A stretch of 64,000 nucleotides of DNA from a virus. Location of the stretch: IMG/VR virus record IMGVR_UViG_3300021137_000010, positions 6,607 through 70,606 of that record; one strand, written 5' to 3'. How positions within the stretch are numbered: position 1 is the first letter of the stretch; each line of letters opens with the position of its first letter. Shown here in pieces: positions 56,632 through 64,000 of the stretch. A program made the translations under genes and the position numbers. The notes under the pieces were generated by a model, which was not told where the DNA came from, searched no databases, and saw only the letters and a program-made list of their open reading frames with translations.

Positions 56632-57498
56632 TTATATTAACTGTAACTGCTCATACGCGTTTAAGATGGGTATCACATCAGGTTGTTTAATACCTCTCAC
56701 CCAATACACACTTCCGCCATCTACTATCGAAACATCTCTGCAATAAATCATATTCTTTCCAAACTGTTTACACTCTTGAATAATTCTTGGAGCTGGATCG
56801 AAAATCTCTTTTGTGTAGACGTACGTATCAAACAACCCCATCATATTTTCAACAGGTGCAGGTATGTTATTGTGTTTGGGATTCGCATACCCTAAATCGA
56901 CAGTTAATATTCCGTGATTTGGATACCGATCGACAACCTTTTCTGCTGATGCGTAATACTCTTTATTTGTGCCTAAAAATAAATACTCGAACTGAACATC
57001 GTCTACGTGCGAATTATATATCTCGAAATTGATGCGTTTTTCAAAATGTGCACCTAACCCTATACTCATCGGATACACTTCCGTATCGCATATGTCGACA
57101 ATATGTCGTGTGGAATAAAATAATACAGCTATTGGATATTCAGTAGGGTGATTTTCTGAATATACGGAAATCAGCTTGCCCGAAAACAGACGTTTTAAGG
57201 ACATTCGTTGAGGGTTGGTGTAATAATTGTAGTTGCGCCACGATAGTGTCAACATACTTCTTCCCATTATTAACGTAACGTCACCGATCGCTGGTGTAAA
57301 ATCATCAAATATAACATTTTCACAATGTACATATTTTTTCAATATCGACTGTATATAATCTTGCTTTGAAAAAGTCATGTTACATACAATGATCAATCTA
57401 TTGCTAACTCCAATATTCGTTAAGTACGAGCTATACTCGTAACTGTAGTAGAGCAACCCGTCTACAGGCGTACTGGTGCACACTATATTTAACGTCAT
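56632..57498 (-). CDS. hypothetical protein (possible glycosyltransferase-like)
   Basis: 'DPAPRIIQECK.FGK' resembles the GT-B C-terminal E motif (weak). Confidence 0.55.
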   Translation of the reverse strand: MTLNIVCTSTPVDGLLYYSYEYSSYLTNIGVSNRLIIVCNMTFSKQDYIQSILKKYVHCENVIFDDFTPAIGDVTLIMGRSMLTLSWRNYNYYTNPQRMSLKRLFSGKLISVYSENHPTEYPIAVLFYSTRHIVDICDTEVYPMSIGLGAHFEKRINFEIYNSHVDDVQFEYLFLGTNKEYYASAEKVVDRYPNHGILTVDLGYANPKHNNIPAPVENMMGLFDTYVYTKEIFDPAPRIIQECKQFGKNMIYCRDVSIVDGGSVYWVRGIKQPDVIPILNAYEQLQLI

Positions 57499-57523
57499 CG
57501 TTTAACCTACACAGATAGTCGCA

Positions 57524-60500
57524 TTACTGTCCAGGCCCAGTTGGTGTACCACCAGGTGTCGTATTGGTTGTAGTGCCAGAAGAATCGGTGGTGGATGATG
57601 CCGTAACTGCACCTGTCGTGTTATTAGTCGTCTGTGAAGTAGATGAGCCATCCGAGTTGGTCGTTGTGGTTGTCGTAGTGGTGCTAGTAGTGGTGGTAGA
57701 CGTTGTTTGGCCAGTAGTAGAATTTGTCGTTGCACTCGTAGTTTCACCCGTGGTTGGATTAGTCGTCGTAACCGATGTTACTCCTGTTGTCGGGTTGGTA
57801 GTAGCAGTAGACGTTACACCAGTAGACGAATCTGTTGCAGTTGTTGTTGTCACTCCTGTTGTTGGATTGGTTGCAGAAACGGCAGTTGTGGCCCCCGTAA
57901 CCGTTACAGAGCCAGTTGTTTGACCTAGCGAATTCGTAGTAACCGACGATACTAGGCCGCCTGTTGACGGGTCATTTGTAACTCGAGTAGTAACACCAGC
58001 ATTGTCTGTCGATACTGCGCTAACCTGAACACCTGCTAAATTGGTGTTGACGACCGACGTAGTAAGACCTGCAGTTGGACTATTCGCTGTTGTTGTTATT
58101 GACGTACCCCCTGCTGTCGAATCGGAGACTGTGGTGATTACTGCACCAGTAACCGCGTTTGTAGCCGTTACAGTAGTCGTCACCGCGCCTGTCATCAGAT
58201 TGTGGTATTCAGACGTAGTCGTATTCACGGTTTCTGCCACGGTACTTGACGCGATAACACCAGTCGTTGCGTCAATGGTAGCTGTTGCAACAACCCCGTC
58301 TGGGGCAGTGATGGTTACTGTAGTGTCTGGTCCGACAACTGTAACAGCAGTAAGGTCGCCTGTTGCTGGATCTAAGCTCTGGAGTGTTTGATCAAGTCCT
58401 TCGTATGCCAAGGCAGCTATTATAGCTGCCACTTGGTCAGTCAGACCAATCTGTAGATTGCCATTATATACTGCGGAGGTTTCGTCTCCGGTGACGTGTA
58501 ACAATCCGTCTGATCCTAAATATCCACCAGTTTCTGAAGTAGCAGCAGAAGAACCATCTCCAGGCTGGTTATACGAATGGCCTGACGTTGAGGTTGATGT
58601 TGATGTAGTTGTCCCAGGAACAGGACTGATATATCCGGTAGTATGGTATATCGTGTGCGATCCAGTTCTATTCGTTGCCGTTAAGGTAACCATGAACTGT
58701 CCAGTTGTAGCGTACACGTGGGTAGGATTCTGTTGAGTGGAAGTCACGCCACTACCGTCACCAAACTTCCACAACCAACTAGTCGGCGAATTCATTGAAG
58801 TATCAGTGAACTGAATGGTAACTGGAGCTTGGCCACTTGTCGGAGTAAAATTAAATCCAGCAACGGGTACAGGAGGTGCTACATCAATTTGGTGAGTCAT
58901 CGGTGCACTTGTACCCAGTACATTAGACGCTGTTAGGCTCACTGTATACACTCCCCACTGAAACGGATGTGTCGGATTCTGAGTTGTCGATGTTGCACCG
59001 TTGTCTCCAAAGTTCCATAACCAACTCGTTGGGTGACTCTGAGAAGTATCCGTGAACACAACGGAAGTCGGTTGTGCACCTGGAGGTGGCACTGCAGCCG
59101 TAAACGACGCAGTTGGGATTCCGCCAATTCGTATGTAACCCATACGTTGTGTGCTAGTGTGACCAATAGGGTTAGTTACAGTTAGCGAAACATTGTAAAA
59201 TCCTTGATTTTGGTACACGTGTATTGGATTTGTGTCAGTAGACGTAGTGCCATCCCCGAAATCCCACGCCCAATTAGTTGGAGTGTGAGTTGACGTATCT
59301 GTAAATTGAATTGTGGCTGGGTCTGCAGTTATCGGAGTGACTGGGGTATATGTAAAGTCCACTAGTGGAGTTCTGCCAACTTGAACGATTATATGGTGTT
59401 GTAAATTTGCAGAACTGCTTCCAGCTGTATTTGCCACAACCAGTGTTACTACGTAGAACCCTTGATTAGCGTAACTATGTGCTGGATTCTGTTCTGATGA
59501 CGTATTACCATCTCCGAAGTCCCACAACCAACTTGTTGGTGAGTTGGTTGACGTGTCAGTAAAGTGAGCAATATACGGAGCTGGTTCTCCAATGTCGTGA
59601 TCGACAGTAAAGCTTGCGGCTGGAATTGTATAGGCGTGCACCGGTGATTGCGCAGTAGTCGATCCAGCTGAGTTGGCGACCGTTAATGTTACTACATACG
59701 TTCCTTGGGTTGGGTATAAGTGAGAAGTGCTGCCAACCGTTGTCGACGTGGATCCGTCACCGAAATCCCAAGCGTATACTAAACTATCAGAAATTGGTGC
59801 CCAATGAACGGTTTTATATCCACCAACTGCAACAGTTTCGTCTGTGAAAGTCACAAGAAGTGGTGCCACACCTATCGATGGAGTCGCTGTAAACTCAGCT
59901 AGTGGAACCCCAGACGGAGGAAATAGGATATCTGTTAGTTTGCGTACCGCAATTCGAATCTGGGAATATACCAATCGAATCGTTGCAATCCCGTACACGT
60001 TTGCATTGCAATCTGTAAAGTTACTTGCAATCACTGTGTCCGCTGGTTCACCAGACGGAACAGATACACTGTACACAACTCCGAGTGCTTGTACAGTGGC
60101 AAGTAAAGCAACCCAATCAGCGGGTGTCGGACGGATATAGGTAGATAGAGTAGGCGGTTCCGGGATCGTTTGTAGACCGGCAGCTACGATTAGTCGATGT
60201 AGATCAACTACAAGGCGACTGTATTCAAGCTGTGATACGTACGGAATACAGCTGATGTCTCCCCAACTAGTTGAATAAAAGTTAAACGTGTAGGCTGAGG
60301 AATTAAACCACAACTCTCCTGGAGATACCTGTGACGAATCTGCAGCAACGTTAACCGCTGCCCCGAGCTTATAAAACGTATTGTCTCTACCGTACCAACG
60401 AGCGATTGGAGGGGTGTGACTACTATCTACCCAAATTTGGCCTATTGTCGGATACTGAGAATACAATGGAACTGTACTAGTAGTTGCAGACGGTTGTGCG

Positions 60501-60727
60501 TAGTTTTCCAATAAATTGAACAGATTATTCCACAACATACCTCCGTATCCAGATGCTCGATATCCATAGAAAGTCATATCCAGATTTTGATACGGAGTAG
60601 GTTGAGCAGAGTTGAAGTTAGTTGGGATGATGCCTGGCCGGTTAGTGTGGTCAGTGGCATCTATCAACAGATACCTACCATTCATTAAGTAGTCACTGTA
60701 CTTGATCTTGTAGGTATCGCCAATCAT
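57524..60727 (-). CDS. tail/baseplate-associated protein with 5 PKD domains and a Thr-rich C-terminus
   Basis: five W(D/N/K)FGD repeats; N-terminal 'LWNNLFNLLENYA...GQIW' module; late promoter at 60752. Confidence 0.85.
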   Translation of the reverse strand: MIGDTYKIKYSDYLMNGRYLLIDATDHTNRPGIIPTNFNSAQPTPYQNLDMTFYGYRASGYGGMLWNNLFNLLENYAQPSATTSTVPLYSQYPTIGQIWVDSSHTPPIARWYGRDNTFYKLGAAVNVAADSSQVSPGELWFNSSAYTFNFYSTSWGDISCIPYVSQLEYSRLVVDLHRLIVAAGLQTIPEPPTLSTYIRPTPADWVALLATVQALGVVYSVSVPSGEPADTVIASNFTDCNANVYGIATIRLVYSQIRIAVRKLTDILFPPSGVPLAEFTATPSIGVAPLLVTFTDETVAVGGYKTVHWAPISDSLVYAWDFGDGSTSTTVGSTSHLYPTQGTYVVTLTVANSAGSTTAQSPVHAYTIPAASFTVDHDIGEPAPYIAHFTDTSTNSPTSWLWDFGDGNTSSEQNPAHSYANQGFYVVTLVVANTAGSSSANLQHHIIVQVGRTPLVDFTYTPVTPITADPATIQFTDTSTHTPTNWAWDFGDGTTSTDTNPIHVYQNQGFYNVSLTVTNPIGHTSTQRMGYIRIGGIPTASFTAAVPPPGAQPTSVVFTDTSQSHPTSWLWNFGDNGATSTTQNPTHPFQWGVYTVSLTASNVLGTSAPMTHQIDVAPPVPVAGFNFTPTSGQAPVTIQFTDTSMNSPTSWLWKFGDGSGVTSTQQNPTHVYATTGQFMVTLTATNRTGSHTIYHTTGYISPVPGTTTSTSTSTSGHSYNQPGDGSSAATSETGGYLGSDGLLHVTGDETSAVYNGNLQIGLTDQVAAIIAALAYEGLDQTLQSLDPATGDLTAVTVVGPDTTVTITAPDGVVATATIDATTGVIASSTVAETVNTTTSEYHNLMTGAVTTTVTATNAVTGAVITTVSDSTAGGTSITTTANSPTAGLTTSVVNTNLAGVQVSAVSTDNAGVTTRVTNDPSTGGLVSSVTTNSLGQTTGSVTVTGATTAVSATNPTTGVTTTTATDSSTGVTSTATTNPTTGVTSVTTTNPTTGETTSATTNSTTGQTTSTTTTSTTTTTTTTNSDGSSTSQTTNNTTGAVTASSTTDSSGTTTNTTPGGTPTGPGQ

Positions 60728-60772
60728 TTAAACATTCCTTGCAGTGTTAGGTATTTAGTAGCCAATTTGAGG

Positions 60773-63505
60773 TTAACCACCAGTTGGGGTAAACGTGCCG
60801 GCACCGCTGATCGGATCGTACACGAACAGAGCAACGGATTGTCCAGTTGTACCACCGTTTTGAGTGTTTAGTGTTACATTAGCATATCCTGCACCAACCT
60901 CGATTGATGCTATTGCACTACCGTTCGCGAACGAGAAGTCAGCAGGTGCGATCGCTCCTCCTCTGTATAGAGTAGCAAATATGCGAACCGGTGTAGATCC
61001 CGGATCCCCGTACCATTCGCATCGGCAGTCGACTGTTAGGGGAACCGAGAAGTTCTTGCGATAATTAGTTAAGTTTAACATTGCAGTCTCCACCCCAGTT
61101 CCTGTGTTGTCTCCGCCCCACGTTAGCACTGGAGATCCATCAGGCAAGAGTTGCGTAATAGCTTGACTCCATCCTACTGGAGAACCTCCGATCGGCGGAT
61201 CGATCACCTTAGTTCGTTGATCTAGATCGGTCCCGGTATTAAATTCGTACGTTAGTACGATATAATCCGCGACAAACTTGAACTGAGCAGTAGAATTCGA
61301 GATCTGCACGGGCGAACTGACTGCCACGATAGGACCATTAGTGGAGTCAGTTCGGATATCCAATCTGAACATATCGTTAGTTACCGGAATTGTATCAAAC
61401 ACAGTACTGACTACCACGATCCCAGTTCCGTTGACCATACTTACGCTACCACCTGTAATCCCATTGACAAACTCACCGCCGGAGACAGTTCCGGTCAGCG
61501 GTTCAATCGTCCAGTATAAAGTTGGTGCTGTACTAGTCACCGTAAACGTTACACTGTCTCCTTTTGCAACTGTTTGTGTAGGTGTGGTGACTGTGGTTGC
61601 TGGTGAGACTACTATAGCATTTGCTACATCTGCGGTGCTAGTCGATCCGCCAGTTGAGTTTGATGCAGTCAGCGATACCAAGTACGTGCCTGGGGTCGTA
61701 TACGTATGTGTCGGATTTTGATCAGTTGAAGTGCCACCGTCGCCAAAACTCCACCACCAACTTGTTGGTGAATTAGACGATTGGTCTACGAAGGTAGAAG
61801 TCAACGGAGAAGGACCGGTGATCCCACTTTCAGAAAATTGCGCGACCACGGCTGGAATTAATACCGTCACCGTTGAAGTCGCGGTATTACTGCCAGCGGA
61901 GTTGGTAGTAGTCAATGTTACTACGTGCGCGCCGATTGCTGTGTACACGTGAGTTGGATTTACGCCCACCCCTGTGCTACCGTCACCAAAATCCCACGAC
62001 CAAGAGGTCGGGGTATTCGTTGACGTATCTGTGAATACAACCGTTAGTGGAGTCACTCCTGTAGTTGGTACGTAGGTAAAACTAGTGACCGGTGCGATCA
62101 CGGCTGGAGTTACCAATATAGTTGCTGTAGTAGAACTACTACCAGCAAAACTAGCTACTGTCAATGTAGTCGTAAACGTTCCATCAGTAGCGTACACGTG
62201 TGTTGGATATTGAGCAACAGAGGTGTTGCCATCCCCAAAATCCCACGACCAAGAGGTCGGGGTATTGATCGAGCTATCGACGAATGCGACAGTCAACGGA
62301 GCGCGGCCTGTAGTTGGAGTATCCGAGAATGATGCGACTGGGGCAGCAGCGGCTTGAATTGGCTGAGTATAGGTAGACGCGTAGCCTGTTGAATTAGTAA
62401 TTACTAACTGCACGACAAAGTGTCCCGCAGTGGTGTAGATATGCTGCACAGATCCTGCAACGGTTGAAGTTGAACCATCTCCAAAATCCCACTGATGTGC
62501 AGATCCGGCTGAATTCAAGCTAGTATCCGTAAATAGTACCGACATGGGAAGGGCTCCGATAGTCTGCGAGCATCTAAACGATGCAACTGGCAACGGAGTC
62601 TGGTGAGGAGTTAGATTGTAATACAGTGCATCAACTGCTGTTACTAGAGCATCGTAATACATTTGCAATAGTCCAATTCCAAAGCGATCGGTAACATAGC
62701 TTATAAACGTAGTATCAACAATAGCTGCAACAATTGCTGAGTCGACAGGAGTAGCTGGGGCCGGTGGAGTACCACAATGTGCACGAACGTATTGAATTAA
62801 ATTAATCCATTCGGCATCCGTCGGCGGTTGATCTGCTGGTAGCAGTGTTGGACGACCAGCAGCTGGCAAGTTCCACGAAATAAATCCAACAACGAACTGG
62901 TTGTATTCTAATGTTGATGCGTAGCGATGAAATAGCACATTAACCCACTTGTGTACTATTTGTGGGTGGATTCCTGGGTGATCCGTGACGCCGTCTGTAG
63001 GGCCATCCGGCCACAATGTGTTGTATGGTAGGACTGGGCTATTATTCGCGTACTGAGTCGCTAGGATCGGATCCCAAAAAAACAACCCTCGGTTGGTTGG
63101 ATTGTACCAAAGCACTTGGTCTGTCACCGAGGCTTGGGACGGAATCGGAGAATAGTCACTCACGATGATCCGGCTATTGATCGGATTCCACGTTGACGTG
63201 GATGGATTAACACACAAGTGCAACGAGCCGATTCCGACCGAGGTATCAAACCAAATCTGACCCAAGACAGGCCGAGTTGGGCGAGTCGGACTAGCAAAAT
63301 GCTCTAGCAAATTAAGTAGGTTCGTCCACAACCGTTGACCGTATTCTGGACTACGATACCCTGTAAACGTCAATGAAGTTAATGTGTTAGTAGCAAGTGG
63401 ATCAATTACACAAAATGTGTTTAAAGTGCCATTTGGGCCAGGTAATCCAGTACTCGCGCCGCGATCGCTATACTGGATACGATATTGAATATCTGAGGTT
63501 GCCAT
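60773..63505 (-). CDS. tail/baseplate-associated protein with 4 PKD domains
   Basis: four W(D/S)FGDG repeats; paralogous N-terminus 'LWTNLLNLLEHFA...GQIWFD'; late promoter at 63530. Confidence 0.85.
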   Translation of the reverse strand: MATSDIQYRIQYSDRGASTGLPGPNGTLNTFCVIDPLATNTLTSLTFTGYRSPEYGQRLWTNLLNLLEHFASPTRPTRPVLGQIWFDTSVGIGSLHLCVNPSTSTWNPINSRIIVSDYSPIPSQASVTDQVLWYNPTNRGLFFWDPILATQYANNSPVLPYNTLWPDGPTDGVTDHPGIHPQIVHKWVNVLFHRYASTLEYNQFVVGFISWNLPAAGRPTLLPADQPPTDAEWINLIQYVRAHCGTPPAPATPVDSAIVAAIVDTTFISYVTDRFGIGLLQMYYDALVTAVDALYYNLTPHQTPLPVASFRCSQTIGALPMSVLFTDTSLNSAGSAHQWDFGDGSTSTVAGSVQHIYTTAGHFVVQLVITNSTGYASTYTQPIQAAAAPVASFSDTPTTGRAPLTVAFVDSSINTPTSWSWDFGDGNTSVAQYPTHVYATDGTFTTTLTVASFAGSSSTTATILVTPAVIAPVTSFTYVPTTGVTPLTVVFTDTSTNTPTSWSWDFGDGSTGVGVNPTHVYTAIGAHVVTLTTTNSAGSNTATSTVTVLIPAVVAQFSESGITGPSPLTSTFVDQSSNSPTSWWWSFGDGGTSTDQNPTHTYTTPGTYLVSLTASNSTGGSTSTADVANAIVVSPATTVTTPTQTVAKGDSVTFTVTSTAPTLYWTIEPLTGTVSGGEFVNGITGGSVSMVNGTGIVVVSTVFDTIPVTNDMFRLDIRTDSTNGPIVAVSSPVQISNSTAQFKFVADYIVLTYEFNTGTDLDQRTKVIDPPIGGSPVGWSQAITQLLPDGSPVLTWGGDNTGTGVETAMLNLTNYRKNFSVPLTVDCRCEWYGDPGSTPVRIFATLYRGGAIAPADFSFANGSAIASIEVGAGYANVTLNTQNGGTTGQSVALFVYDPISGAGTFTPTGG
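61986..62266. repeat. exact 32-bp repeat in adjacent PKD domains (61986-62017, 62235-62266)
   Basis: CCAAAATCCCACGACCAAGAGGTCGGGGTATT occurs twice. Confidence 0.9.
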
Positions 63506-63532
63506 TATTAAGAACTGCTCATAGTTTTATAT

Positions 63533-64000
63533 TTAGGTAAGTGCACCATAGTAGGTGCCCCATGTTCCGAGTGGTAGCGAGAATCCTCTAGTGTTTACAA
63601 CAGCTGCACCACCCACGCCACCTGCAGTGGCGTTCATCGTGTAGTGCCAAGTAGCAGCATTTGTAGTTCCGGTTTGTGCGCCGAGGTGACTTTGAGAGTT
63701 CGGATCATTAATGTCTCCGCCACCACCACCATTGGTCGGACCTTCTTGATGCCCAGCTGTGCCTGCAACCCCTAAGTTTCCGCCTGCTCCTCCGTAACCA
63801 CCGTACGTGTAGTAATCAGCACCATTGTCACTCCCGCCGTACATTCCTCCGCTCCCACCAGTTGCACTTCCACCAGAGCTACCTGCGGTAGCTTGGTAAG
63901 TATGATATGATCCGCCTGACGTTGTACCTTGTACAGGGCCTCCGACACCGGCAAGGTTTCCGGCCCCACCACCACCACCACCACCTGCACAGTATAGGTT
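63533..64000 (-). CDS. Gly-rich tail-fibre/receptor-binding protein, 3' part (start lies outside the window)
   Basis: frame open to the window edge; 'CAGGGGGGGAG...GGAGGNLG.AG..G...GGAAV...YYGALT'. Confidence 0.75.
   Translation of the reverse strand, partial: NLYCAGGGGGGGAGNLAGVGGPVQGTTSGGSYHTYQATAGSSGGSATGGSGGMYGGSDNGADYYTYGGYGGAGGNLGVAGTAGHQEGPTNGGGGGDINDPNSQSHLGAQTGTTNAATWHYTMNATAGGVGGAAVVNTRGFSLPLGTWGTYYGALT

Noticed and set aside
57564-58391. Val-rich plus-strand ORFs
   Set aside because: Antisense of Thr codons in the tail protein
1-64000. Genome-wide TAG reassignment (code 15)
   Set aside because: Only one in-frame TAG was found; thyX, the LuxR gene, the phosphatase and the esterase end properly at TAG, and genes are not fragmented
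57524-64000. Diversity-generating retroelement or CRISPR array
   Set aside because: No reverse transcriptase, no TR/VR pair with A-specific mismatches and no regularly spaced repeats seen; the repeats are protein-coding

Overview
This is a 64 kb segment of a large lytic dsDNA phage. It looks like a T4-like or jumbo myovirus (inference): it has rIIA/rIIB, denV, a gp41/DnaB-like helicase, TAAATA late promoters, sigma70-type early promoters and PKD-repeat tail proteins. Almost all genes are on the minus strand and read normally in code 11. The host is probably a betaproteobacterium, judging from the tmRNA tag (AANASNDERFALVA). From left to right: (1) accessory early genes (RlmN-like radical SAM, NadM-Nudix, HD protein, substrate-binding/LysM protein, lipoprotein, PspA-like protein); (2) a plus-strand island of LuxR regulator, coiled-coil protein and collagen; (3) nucleotide and RNA-repair genes (kinase, nucleotidyltransferase, D-armless tRNA-like gene, thyX, an RNA ligase split by a GIY-YIG gene with no intron core); (4) a circularly permuted two-piece tmRNA; (5) late head-associated genes, helicase, a candidate late ncRNA and an AAA ATPase; (6) promoter-flanked early cassettes and rIIAB; (7) folE/queD plus a QueC-like, SPASM and radical SAM-carbamoyltransferase cluster; (8) PKD and Gly-rich tail proteins. 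All calls come from reading motifs by eye; no database searches were run.
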